Source: Hormoscilla sp.
GTDB lineage: Bacteria > Cyanobacteriota > Cyanobacteriia > Cyanobacteriales > Desertifilaceae
DNA length: 64,000 nt
Direction of reading: 5' to 3'
Assembly (NCBI GenBank): GCA_051439505.1
Contig: JBFRWI010000053.1
Coordinates: 1-64,000 of the forward strand
Position 1 is the first letter of the stretch; the number at the start of each line of letters is the position of its first letter. Below, piece by piece: positions 19,951 through 29,516 of the stretch. Position numbers and translations under genes: made by a program. The notes beneath the pieces are model-generated. The model ran no database searches. It saw only the letters and a list, made by a program, of their open reading frames with translations, and was not told the origin of the DNA.

Positions 19951-21165
19951 ATGCAACAGATTGAACATTCAGGTAAATTGACACAGGATCAAATTGATGA
20001 ATTAAAAGAAGTATTTGATTTATTTGACGCTGATAGTAATGGTTCTCTAACTAGAGAAGAGTTAGGGAGTGCTATGGGTTCTCTGGGCATGAGTCCAACA
20101 GATGAAGAACTAGAAGCTATCTTCATTAAGACTGATGCTGACTTAAGTGGAACGATCGAATTTCCAGAATTTGCGGAATGGGTGAGTAACAAGGTAGACT
20201 TGACTTCCCAAGATGAACTACGGGAAATATTTTCCCTGATCGATTTAGATGGCAATGGTTCGATCTCCGTCGATGAACTCCGTCAATTGTTGGACTCGTT
20301 GAAGATAAATCTTGAAGAAGATGAACTGACGGCACTCTTTGAAAAAGCAGATAGTGACAAGAATGGTGTAATTGACTACAATGAATTCCTTGAAAGTGAT
20401 GGACTTTGGAGTCAGATTAAGTTGACAGTTGGTATCACCCGTCCCTTTAAGGAAATTCTGAAGCAGTACACCCAACTGGCACAAAATCCTCAAGAGGGGT
20501 TCGGCTCAATTAATCCCCTACCTTATGGTAAAGAAAATGCGGCAAAAATGGGATATGACCTATCGCAACTTCCGGACCAAGTTTGGGAGTCTTCCTGTAT
20601 GTGCGGTAATTCTTTTTCCCTTGGCCCCATTAACAAAGGTGAAACGGTTGTTGATTTAGGATGTGGGGCGGGTGCTGACCTTTGTGTTGCGGCCAGTAAG
20701 GTAGGTGAAACGGGACACGTCATTGGTGTAGATATGACAGCGGCAATGGTGCAGAAAGCACGTGAAAATGCCAAATTATGTAACTTCAATAACATTGAAG
20801 TTATTAAAGCACCGTTTGATATGGCCAAACACGAAGACATTCCCGAAACTGTAGCAGATGTGGTCATTGCAAATGGGACATTTAACTTATCACCTCGTAA
20901 GAAATGTGCTTTTGTACAAGCATATAATTGCTTGCAGCCAGGTGGTAGGTTTTATATGGTGGATGTAGTTCGGCAAGGAAATTCTGAGTCGGAGACACAA
21001 GCAGGGAGTTGGTGCGATTGTGTAGCAGGGGCTATGCCTATTTCCAAAGTGTTAGAACTGATGGAATCAGTTGGATTTGTAGAATGCGAACATGTGGGCT
21101 TCACGGGTTACCGCAATTCTGACTATACAGTGGCAGCTACTTTCCGAGCTAAAAAAGCAGCATAA
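19951..21165 (+). CDS. Calmodulin-like four-EF-hand domain fused to an ArsM-like SAM methyltransferase
   Basis: EF loops DADSNGSLTREE, DADLSGTIEFPE, DLDGNGSISVDE, DSDKNGVIDYNE; then VVDLGCGAGAD, VIGVDMT, DVVIANGTFNL. Confidence 0.88.
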   Translation: MQQIEHSGKLTQDQIDELKEVFDLFDADSNGSLTREELGSAMGSLGMSPTDEELEAIFIKTDADLSGTIEFPEFAEWVSNKVDLTSQDELREIFSLIDLDGNGSISVDELRQLLDSLKINLEEDELTALFEKADSDKNGVIDYNEFLESDGLWSQIKLTVGITRPFKEILKQYTQLAQNPQEGFGSINPLPYGKENAAKMGYDLSQLPDQVWESSCMCGNSFSLGPINKGETVVDLGCGAGADLCVAASKVGETGHVIGVDMTAAMVQKARENAKLCNFNNIEVIKAPFDMAKHEDIPETVADVVIANGTFNLSPRKKCAFVQAYNCLQPGGRFYMVDVVRQGNSESETQAGSWCDCVAGAMPISKVLELMESVGFVECEHVGFTGYRNSDYTVAATFRAKKAA

Positions 21166-21182
21166 TTGTAAGTTTCAGTGTA

Positions 21183-21214
21183 GGACAGGCGATCCGCCTG
21201 TCCGAGGCGTTTTT
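21183..21214 (+). terminator. Probable intrinsic terminator between convergent genes
   Basis: GGACAGGCG-ATC-CGCCTGTCC stem followed shortly by a T run. Confidence 0.55.
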
Positions 21215-21224
21215 TAGTTGTCAG

Positions 21225-22700
21225 TTACATTATCGGTGATTTACAAATCCAGATACAGTCCCGGGGGACCAGTTCGGTTTCTTTGTGGATAATTTCATAA
21301 TTTAGGTGGGTGAGAAATTTTTCCATGATGCTGTCTGTCATGATGGAGAAGGCGGTGCCGTCCCGACGCCCTAAGAGGTTGTGGGGATAGTCGTTGAGGA
21401 ATTTCTGCCACCCGAGGGGAGTGAGGATGTTACTGTGGTGAAATAGACACAGGCGCTTTCCCCGCATGAGTCTGGGTATCTGGGTTAAGTAGTTGTAGAT
21501 GTCTCTTGGTTCTATATGCACCATTGTGTCATAGCAAAAGCAGACATCGATAGTTTCTGAGGCGATGTTGTCTAAGCTTAATCCGTCTAGCTTGATGTAT
21601 GATATGTTTTCGTCCCCTAGCCTGTTTCTGGTTGCTTGCAACATTTGGCTGGAAATATCGGCTACTACTAGCTGTTGACAGTGCTTTAGCAATAATGCTG
21701 CTGTCTTTCCGCCGCCAACCCCTATTTCTAATACGGTATCTGCTTTGTTGATGTAGGGGGCGATCGCCTGCCGTTCTATTCTGGCTTCATATTCTACCAG
21801 ATCCTGGGCGGCCCCGGCATTTTTGCCATTCCACTCATCGCCGATGTATGCTTGTCCGGTACTTTCCCAGGACTGGGCGTAGGCGTCCCACGCCCCCTCG
21901 TAATCTATTTGCGGTGCTGCTTGAGTCATATCTTCGCTATATTCCCAAAAGGTTCTACCCAGATAGCTTGCCAGTTGCTGGTTGTAGGGTTTAAATATAA
22001 AATATTTTTCTAGCATCTGGCGCAGGTGCTTGTCAAGGGCGGTGACTGGATAATCTCCCCCATTGTACTTGCTGTATTGTCCTTGCTGATAGATGGGCAG
22101 GTTCAGGAACTGGAATACTTGACGGACGATCGCGGCTGGGTTAGCGTAGAAGTCTTCGCTTTTGAGTATGAGAAATTGTTCTGGTGGAAAATATTGCATC
22201 CAGTGGCGCAGCTGTTGGATGTATATTCCCCGGGAGAGGTAGCTGTAATGGCGGTGGTTGAAGCTGTGATAGTTTGGATCCGCGATTATTTTCGCTGCTT
22301 CTCCTTCCAGTCTGGCGGACTCTGAGGCGATCGCCTCTTCAAAACTCAGGGACTCGAACCCCAGTCTGACTTCATGATAATAATGGGAAATCGCTCTGTC
22401 TACCGGGTCTCGGAGTAAGCAGATCAATTTTACTTGAGGATACAACTGTTTGAGCCGCTGGGGAACGAGGGGATGGAATATATAGTAAGGACTCGCTTCG
22501 ATCGTCAGCATCTTTTTTTTCGATACTGGGGGAAATTGTGAGGAGTACCACTCTACTCCTTTGTGGAAGTTCAAGTCAAAGAAATGTAACTCTTTTTCTG
22601 CTGCTGGGGCGATCAGGGGATGTTCGATCAGATAGTTGTACAGGGATGTGGTGCCGCATTTTTGCCCCCCGATAATGAGCGAGTCTAGCATAACTGTCAA
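21225..22700 (-). CDS. Sulfotransferase fused to class I methyltransferase
   Basis: GGQKCGTTS (5'-PSB), RDPVDRAISH (3'-PB); C-terminal VLEIGVGGG SAM motif. Confidence 0.88.
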   Translation of the reverse strand: MTVMLDSLIIGGQKCGTTSLYNYLIEHPLIAPAAEKELHFFDLNFHKGVEWYSSQFPPVSKKKMLTIEASPYYIFHPLVPQRLKQLYPQVKLICLLRDPVDRAISHYYHEVRLGFESLSFEEAIASESARLEGEAAKIIADPNYHSFNHRHYSYLSRGIYIQQLRHWMQYFPPEQFLILKSEDFYANPAAIVRQVFQFLNLPIYQQGQYSKYNGGDYPVTALDKHLRQMLEKYFIFKPYNQQLASYLGRTFWEYSEDMTQAAPQIDYEGAWDAYAQSWESTGQAYIGDEWNGKNAGAAQDLVEYEARIERQAIAPYINKADTVLEIGVGGGKTAALLLKHCQQLVVADISSQMLQATRNRLGDENISYIKLDGLSLDNIASETIDVCFCYDTMVHIEPRDIYNYLTQIPRLMRGKRLCLFHHSNILTPLGWQKFLNDYPHNLLGRRDGTAFSIMTDSIMEKFLTHLNYEIIHKETELVPRDCIWICKSPIM

Positions 22701-23021
22701 TTGTTCATTATTGGTTTTTTTGGGATTGTGGTTGCCGAACTTTATGTCTGCGGTTATATGATATCAGACTTTCGTAGTTATTTCGCTCGGTTGTCGCCGG
22801 TGACTGCAACGTAGAATATGTCAGGTATCCCACCGAGTATTGCACGTTCTGTTCGCCAATGCTATCCCACCGGTGGCTTTGCCCGATCGGGTACTGGGCA
22901 TCGTCCCCCATCTCCCCACGCTTTCTCCAGAAACGATCGAGGGTAGCGTTCTATTTGCCAAAACCGATCGTTTGAGGTATGCTAGATAGAGGAAAACACT
23001 CCGATCGTCCACAAAAAACAC

Positions 23022-23231
23022 ATGAAAACTAAAAGCTTTACTGCTATCATTTACAAAGAAGATGATATGTACGTAGCGGAATGTCCAGAAGTAGGCACAG
23101 TTGACCAAGGTGCGACAATAGAAGCAGCCCTGGCTAATCTCAAAGAAGCGACTAGACTCTATCTCGAAGAGTGTCCCATACCTGAAACAACCCCAAGATT
23201 GGTTACCAGCCTAGAGGTTAGTTATGCCTAA
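23022..23231 (+). CDS. hicB: HicB-family antitoxin
   Basis: YVAECPEVGTVDQGATIEAALANLKEA. Confidence 0.9.
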   Translation: MKTKSFTAIIYKEDDMYVAECPEVGTVDQGATIEAALANLKEATRLYLEECPIPETTPRLVTSLEVSYA

Positions 23232-23451
23232 ATTGCCAAGAATATCAAGCAAGGAAGCAATTCGTACCCTAGAACGTTTGGGTTTTTATGAAGCTAGGCA
23301 AACAGGGAGCCATGTTATTCTTAAAAAAACTTTACCAGATGGAGAAATTGTTTGTGTTGTCCCGCTGCATAACGAATTAAAAATTGGTACTCTTAGCGGC
23401 GTTCTCAAACAAGCTAAAGTTACGCCGGATGATTTTATAGCCAATTTATGA
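23224..23451 (+). CDS. hicA: HicA-family toxin
   Basis: LERLGF..RQTGSH, VVPLH.ELKIGTL; overlaps hicB. Confidence 0.92.
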   Translation: MPKLPRISSKEAIRTLERLGFYEARQTGSHVILKKTLPDGEIVCVVPLHNELKIGTLSGVLKQAKVTPDDFIANL

Positions 23452-23650
23452 TGGTTATGCTTTACCCGTTAGACCCGGTTAGACTGAGAAAAAAGAGCGG
23501 CATTTTTGACTGTGAAGAGCGATCGCTCGCTCAGGTGCATCTCACTTTTGACATTCGTAGGGTTGACGTTTGTTACCCAACAAGCGCAAAGCTAACAACA
23601 TCTCGCTACTCATAAAAGCGATCGCTGGTGGGCGGTGCCCACCCTACTAC

Positions 23651-23823
23651 GGGTGTGGTCAAAAACAGTTGGTACGGGAAGGTCCTCGCAAGGTGCAGGG
23701 CGAAGCATTCGGAGAGGATATTTGTCTTTTTCTGACATAATTTATCGCCCGAATGCTTCGCCCCTACAGAGTATACGACAGATGGAAATGCCGATGAACG
23801 ATCAACGGGTTTTGACCACACCC
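23651..23823. mobile_element. Intact MITE, 173 bp, 14-bp TIRs, 9-bp target duplication
   Basis: GGGTGTGGTCAAAA / TTTTGACCACACCC ends; CCCTACTAC at 23642-23650 and 23824-23832. Confidence 0.9.
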
Positions 23824-23866
23824 CCCTACTACTCATAAAAACGATCGCTGGTGGGCGGCGCCCACC

Positions 23867-26800
23867 CTACGTAATAGCGACTTCTTTGGCCATTAAGAGA
23901 TGTTTTTGTAACTGCGATCGATTGTTATACATCCGGCAGACTTTAGCATAGGCTTTTGCGGCCATTTTGTCGGCATTTTCCTCTGATAAGCATTTTACCA
24001 TCGCTGCTGCTAAGGCTTGGGGATCTCCTGGGGGGACTAGGTAGCCATGTTCCCGATCGCCTATCATTTCTACTATCCCATATACTGCCGTACTGACTAT
24101 CTTTAACTCAAATGCCATCGCCTCCAGCAGGACTCTGGGAAATGATTCTTCAAAGCTAGCACATACAAATATATCACTCATGGCATAAAAGTCATAGATC
24201 TCCCGCGTCTCTTCGTAAATCTTCACATTGGGCATGTTTAACTGCTTTAACTGCTTTTGCAGGAAGTTGAAATAGACCTCCTCTGTCGGCGGTCCTACCA
24301 TGATAAAATCTAGATGGGCAAATTCTTTATATTGCTTTGCTAATGCTTCGATCGCCTCTAGAAAGATAAGTTGTCCTTTCCGTTCGCAGATGGTTCCCAC
24401 CAAGGTGATGACCCCGCGATCGCCCCCGAGTCCGTATTTTGCCCGCAACTCCGACTTCGCATGTGCCTGACGGTATGAGTTAATGCGATCGATATCCAGT
24501 CCTCCATGAATGGTGCGGAAATTTCCGCGCACATCCAATTCGTGAAATATTATCCGGGTAGCATCGGCCACGAATACTACCCGCGTGGCATTTGCGAAGC
24601 AATCTCGTAGCAATTCTCCCATAACTTCTGGCGGTGATTCGCCAAAAAATTTCTCTATACTTCTTTCGATATTGCTACTTTCATGAATGTGCCAGATACT
24701 GGACACTTTAAACATCCGGGCTAACTCTACTCCCCAGAAACTTACCATCGTATTACATATTACCAGATCGTACTCGCCGATGTCAAGGCTTTCTCCCAGG
24801 TTTTGCAAGCGCTGGCGATATTGATTTAGATCGGCATCAACGACCTTGAAGTTATCTGCGATAATTTTAACGGGAATATTTAGGGATTCGTAGTTCGATC
24901 GCAAGGGACCATCGGCATCGGATATGACACTTACTTGACAGTCCCCGACAGTAGTAAAGTAGTTAGCAAAGGAGTAGGCCATCAGCGGCGCACCTTCTAG
25001 GTTGAGATTATGGGTGATTAATAGTATCTTTAAGTTAGATATTCTCTCGGCGTGACCGAAATGCAGGGGATCGATCTCCATCTGCATCGCTTTGGTTTCA
25101 TTGTCAATATCGAGATGTACGTTAAAGAAGGGGTCGCGATATCCTGGATGTTTCCTAATTAAGCTAAGATGTTCTCGGGGATTGTAGTCAAGTTTTTTTC
25201 GCGATGCACTCTCTCGATGTATTAAGGTGGCCTGGGGTGTGTAAACAATCCTTTTTCCCAATTCCCACACTCGCAGACAGTAATCTACGTCGTTAAACTC
25301 GACCGCTAAATTTTCGGCGTCAAATCCCCCCACTTGTCGATATATCGCAGTAGATGTTAACATACATGCCCCTGTTACTGCTGAGACATTGCGGGTGGCA
25401 TGGGATAAAAAGAGATAACCCAATTCCTCAAATGGTTGGCGACTGAATAAATGGGCCGCCAGTCCGCCGTTAACGCCGGAGACAACTCCGGCATGTTGAA
25501 TTTTTTGATCGGGATACAGCAATCTCGCCCCTACCACTGCTACACCCTCTACCGTCATCCATCCTACCATTTCTTCTAGCCAACCGGGGCCGATCGCCTC
25601 AATATCGTTATTCAAATGTAGCATCAGGGGAGTATCCACTTCTGCTGCTGCTAAATTCACCAACCGGGCATAATTAAATTTATCATCGGGGCGATCGGGG
25701 CGGAGTACCCTGCATATTTTTTCCCTTTCCAGTTTCTCTAAATACTGCCGCGTTTTTGCTTTCACGGAACAATCATCGACAATGAGAATTTTAACATATC
25801 GCTTGTCTACCGTTTTTTCCAGACTGGCGATACATTTTGCTAAGAGATCGACTCTGTCCCGGGTGGGAATGACGATCGTCACCGGATTTTCTGCTAGGAT
25901 TGAACTATCCCATTGTAACTGATGCAGGCATAATCCCTTATCTTGGAAAATAGCTGGCAAGAATGGTTTCGCCTTTAGTCCCCGGCGGGCGATCGCCTCT
26001 TTTATGGCCCGATCGGCGCTATCAAATACATATTGTTTTTGCCTGCCGTGGGAGGCGGTACTTTCCGGGTGAACTCGCCAATGATAACAAACCTGGGGAA
26101 TATGTCTAATTTTATCATTTGTCGTCTGTTCCGTGACTCGTAAAAATAAGTCTAAATCTTGGGCCCCTTCAAAACCTGTCCGCATCCGCCCCACGCGGTC
26201 AATCAAACTTTTTCTGATGGCTGTCAGGTGATGGGTATAATTATGAGTAATTGCCATTTCCGGACTCCAGACCCCTTTCATTTGACAGTCAAATCTATCC
26301 CCCTTGCCGTCGATTTTATCCTCATCAGTATAGATCCAGTCTACATCGGGATATTTGTTGATGCATTCGGCAACATGCAACAGGGCATCGGGGGATAAGA
26401 GATCATCATGGTCTAAAAAGGCGATAAAATCACCGGTTGCCAGGTCTAAAGCGGAATTAGTCGCGGCGGCAATGTGACCGTTTTCCTGCCTAAAAACAAC
26501 TTTAATTCTCGGGTCGGATGCCTGCCCTTGTTCTAAGATTTCTCGAACATGAGGCATAGTGGAACCATCATCTGCCAAGCAGAGTTCCCATTGGGGATAA
26601 ATTTGGGCGGTAACAGATGCGATCGCCTCCTGGAGAAATTGGGCGGGTGTATTGTAAACTGGGACAACAATACTAATCTTGACAGCTGTGGTTTTCAGCT
26701 TTTCGGCATCTGCTTGCATCCGCGATCGCAACTTGGGAGTCAGGCGATTTATTTCTATCCATCGCTGATAGGGGTCTCGTGTTTGCCAGGGATGAATGAC

Positions 26801-27409
26801 ATCAGCATATTCTACAGCGACGTTAAGTTGTCGGTAGTAGCGGCGCAGATAGCGGATCCAGGCAAGGGGAGACAGGGGCAGACGTCCTTTTTTATAGGCA
26901 ACCCAAGCTTTGCGCGCGGCACCTGATAAAAATAAGTATAGGTTTAAGCTGGGACGATCGTCTTGGACCGGGGCCTCGACTGTCACGACTCGCGTAAAGC
27001 AACAAAGGCGATCGCCATTTTCCAGCATTGCCCAAATCTCAATCTTTAGTTTTCCCGAGTAATTACGGTCTAGGATCGCATTACACTCAAATCCACTTAA
27101 TTCTGCACCAGCAATGTCACGGAAAACTTCAGCGACATCAGGTCTGGCGATCCCATAGGTTATCTGTTCTTCCGGAAAACCCGATCGCACTAGCATCAAG
27201 GCGGTAATTTTCGCCTGTTTGTGCAATACCCATCCCGATACCCCCAGGGTGCCGTTTACATTTTTCTCCATCTTCTGGGGAGATTCTAAATATCCCAGCA
27301 AGTCTCCTGTCGGGATTACCTCTTGCTGTCCTGGTTTAATCATCAATGATTTCAGGGGTTTCAGCTTTTTCTTGACTGCTTTGATTATTTCTTTAATATT
27401 TTTCTGCAT
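23867..27409 (-). CDS. Multidomain glycosyltransferase (N-terminal beta-rich domain, GT2, GT2, GT4)
   Basis: ISIVVPVYNT/FLDHDD, VTIVIPTRD/HLNNDIE/VTGACML, EESFPRVLLEA. Confidence 0.92.
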   Translation of the reverse strand: MQKNIKEIIKAVKKKLKPLKSLMIKPGQQEVIPTGDLLGYLESPQKMEKNVNGTLGVSGWVLHKQAKITALMLVRSGFPEEQITYGIARPDVAEVFRDIAGAELSGFECNAILDRNYSGKLKIEIWAMLENGDRLCCFTRVVTVEAPVQDDRPSLNLYLFLSGAARKAWVAYKKGRLPLSPLAWIRYLRRYYRQLNVAVEYADVIHPWQTRDPYQRWIEINRLTPKLRSRMQADAEKLKTTAVKISIVVPVYNTPAQFLQEAIASVTAQIYPQWELCLADDGSTMPHVREILEQGQASDPRIKVVFRQENGHIAAATNSALDLATGDFIAFLDHDDLLSPDALLHVAECINKYPDVDWIYTDEDKIDGKGDRFDCQMKGVWSPEMAITHNYTHHLTAIRKSLIDRVGRMRTGFEGAQDLDLFLRVTEQTTNDKIRHIPQVCYHWRVHPESTASHGRQKQYVFDSADRAIKEAIARRGLKAKPFLPAIFQDKGLCLHQLQWDSSILAENPVTIVIPTRDRVDLLAKCIASLEKTVDKRYVKILIVDDCSVKAKTRQYLEKLEREKICRVLRPDRPDDKFNYARLVNLAAAEVDTPLMLHLNNDIEAIGPGWLEEMVGWMTVEGVAVVGARLLYPDQKIQHAGVVSGVNGGLAAHLFSRQPFEELGYLFLSHATRNVSAVTGACMLTSTAIYRQVGGFDAENLAVEFNDVDYCLRVWELGKRIVYTPQATLIHRESASRKKLDYNPREHLSLIRKHPGYRDPFFNVHLDIDNETKAMQMEIDPLHFGHAERISNLKILLITHNLNLEGAPLMAYSFANYFTTVGDCQVSVISDADGPLRSNYESLNIPVKIIADNFKVVDADLNQYRQRLQNLGESLDIGEYDLVICNTMVSFWGVELARMFKVSSIWHIHESSNIERSIEKFFGESPPEVMGELLRDCFANATRVVFVADATRIIFHELDVRGNFRTIHGGLDIDRINSYRQAHAKSELRAKYGLGGDRGVITLVGTICERKGQLIFLEAIEALAKQYKEFAHLDFIMVGPPTEEVYFNFLQKQLKQLNMPNVKIYEETREIYDFYAMSDIFVCASFEESFPRVLLEAMAFELKIVSTAVYGIVEMIGDREHGYLVPPGDPQALAAAMVKCLSEENADKMAAKAYAKVCRMYNNRSQLQKHLLMAKEVAIT

Positions 27410-27422
27410 AACTCTCTGGTAA

Positions 27423-29384
27423 TTATTCTCCCTCAGTTGTTAAACCCATCCACCTTTTCACCTTAAACCATCTTTTCCGTAATCGCCAAAACTTGCTAGT
27501 CTCCATAGCAGATATTTCACCTTCACATGCCAGCAGTTTTCCCTGAGTTTGGTCCAACTGCGATCGCGTTTCCGACAGTTGCCTTCCCGTCTCCTCCAAC
27601 TCCAACTTCAACTCTTGCGCTTCTGTCTGCAACTGCTGGTACTGGGACTGGGTTGCTTGCAACTGCGATCGCATCTCTTGCAGTTCCGCCTGAGTCTGCT
27701 GGAGTTTACTGCGATCGCCCGCCGTTTTTTGCAGCAGTTTAACTTGACTTTTCAGACTACCTATTTCCCACCAATCTCGAAAACCCCATTCTTGCGGGGA
27801 GTATGATTTTACATATTGAGACCAAGACCAACTCGGTTCTCCCTGCATTGGTCCCGCCTTAGCATCCAACGCCAGATATAGATCTAATGCTGCCGTCCAG
27901 TATTTTTTGATCAACACCGGTCTATGCGTTTGACCAACTGACTGCCCCAATAGTTCTGGTGCTATTATATCATCTCTTGCTTCAGTTAAATTGATCTGAA
28001 ATTTTTCATTAATTGTCTGGATCAATAGCTGAGGATTACTGACAATTTTGCTGAGGTTAGCTAGCAGACAGCGATCGGGGACGCGATCGTAAAATTCCAG
28101 AATCTTTTGATTATAATGCATCCAGAGTTCCACGGCCTTTTCCGGGTAAGCGGCGATCGCCTCATCCGTCCCCCGGCGGTAAAGGGAGTCAACCACCTCC
28201 CAAGGCGATCGATAGACGAGGAGAAAAATACCATCTGGGAGTAACTGCAACCAGAAGTCCAAAAACAACGTCATCCTAGGATCCTTCCAACCCCAGAGGG
28301 AATGCACTCCCTTTTCCGAGATCAAGTCTTGGGCTATTTTAACATAGCGATCGGCCACAGGCATCTGGGTTTGAAAAGTTAGGCCATCGGCGTCCAGAGA
28401 CTGCGATCGCAGAACCTGCTTGTGAAACTCCACAAAATCTACATCTTCAAAATGGCCTTTATCATTTCCCACATCTACCCCAACTAACCTATCTCCCAAA
28501 TATACACCCGCACTACCGAGGAGAGAAGCCGTCAAAGATGTTCCCGAACGATGCATACCCGCGATCGCCAGCACTTTTGATTCCATTGCCGATCCTAAAC
28601 CATCACTGCCTTTACCTATTATATATAAATCTTGGTGTCCGCACAATCCTTTTGGTCGTCGCTGATAACTTACCTCCCCTCCCGTCACTTGCTGAATCGC
28701 TTTTCTGACAAAGCTTTCCCGCACATAAGTTGTACCATATTCTTGCCCATCCAGGGACTGACTCTCACTCTGGGGGATAAAATGAATTCCCCCTGCCATC
28801 TTACCAGGAAATAGGGTCCAGTCGTGGACGCTGAAAATTAATAATCCCCGATCGGACAGTAAACTATATAGTTTTTGTAGCCAACTAGCAAATGTTTTTT
28901 CCGGAACATGGCTAAAAAAGGAACTTGCCAGAATCACATCAAACCGGTCGGTGGGATGATAATCTTGAGGGTTAGTCGTCGAAACTATGCCATTGACTCC
29001 AAATTGCCCTATTTGAAATTTTACCGCAGCGGCGTCAATGTCCGATACCCAAATTTTGGCAGGGGGCATTTCCTGGATCCCAAAGCGAGTCAAGCGTCCG
29101 TAACCGCAGGCAAAATCTAGGAAAGATTCCAGGCGATCGCATCCTCCCCTGTACCTGACGATTATCTCCCGAACCACATCCATAATCCGACTACCATTTC
29201 TATAGTAGCGCAGGCCAGCTTCTGCCCGATCGCCCTTAGCATTATTTAAGGCATACAGATACATTTCGTCCCGACTGCTAATTCCGGACTTAAATGCTTC
29301 TGGGTCCTTAACCTTCTCTCTAATAAACTCTTGAATAACCGAGTTACCCTCATCTGGATATAATATACCTTCTGACTCCATCAT
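27423..29384 (-). CDS. Methyltransferase-sulfotransferase-coiled-coil protein
   Basis: FLDFACGYGR; AGMHRSGTS, WGWKDPR, RSPWEVVDS; Q/E/L heptads then amphipathic SKFWRLRKRW tail. Confidence 0.87.
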   Translation of the reverse strand: MMESEGILYPDEGNSVIQEFIREKVKDPEAFKSGISSRDEMYLYALNNAKGDRAEAGLRYYRNGSRIMDVVREIIVRYRGGCDRLESFLDFACGYGRLTRFGIQEMPPAKIWVSDIDAAAVKFQIGQFGVNGIVSTTNPQDYHPTDRFDVILASSFFSHVPEKTFASWLQKLYSLLSDRGLLIFSVHDWTLFPGKMAGGIHFIPQSESQSLDGQEYGTTYVRESFVRKAIQQVTGGEVSYQRRPKGLCGHQDLYIIGKGSDGLGSAMESKVLAIAGMHRSGTSLTASLLGSAGVYLGDRLVGVDVGNDKGHFEDVDFVEFHKQVLRSQSLDADGLTFQTQMPVADRYVKIAQDLISEKGVHSLWGWKDPRMTLFLDFWLQLLPDGIFLLVYRSPWEVVDSLYRRGTDEAIAAYPEKAVELWMHYNQKILEFYDRVPDRCLLANLSKIVSNPQLLIQTINEKFQINLTEARDDIIAPELLGQSVGQTHRPVLIKKYWTAALDLYLALDAKAGPMQGEPSWSWSQYVKSYSPQEWGFRDWWEIGSLKSQVKLLQKTAGDRSKLQQTQAELQEMRSQLQATQSQYQQLQTEAQELKLELEETGRQLSETRSQLDQTQGKLLACEGEISAMETSKFWRLRKRWFKVKRWMGLTTEGE

Positions 29385-29443
29385 CTACCGTTATCACTCC
29401 TCCGACACAATACCTCTCAGTACCTCAAGGTTTTGGACATAGG

Positions 29444-29516
29444 TTGTCATTGCGAGGGGGGAAACAACCGCGATCGACTTATGGCAAATTGAGTCAACCC
29501 CCCCCGAAGCAATCTC
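29444..29516. repeat. Half copy of the GTCATTGCGAG element overlapping the wzt 3' end
   Basis: TTGTCATTGCGAGGGGG...CCCCCGAAGCAATCTC matches the left half of 1027-1177. Confidence 0.75.

Noticed and set aside
19951..21165. Calling the gene arsM or a selenoprotein
   Set aside because: One canonical ArsM cysteine is missing, no ars genes are nearby, and there is no in-frame TGA
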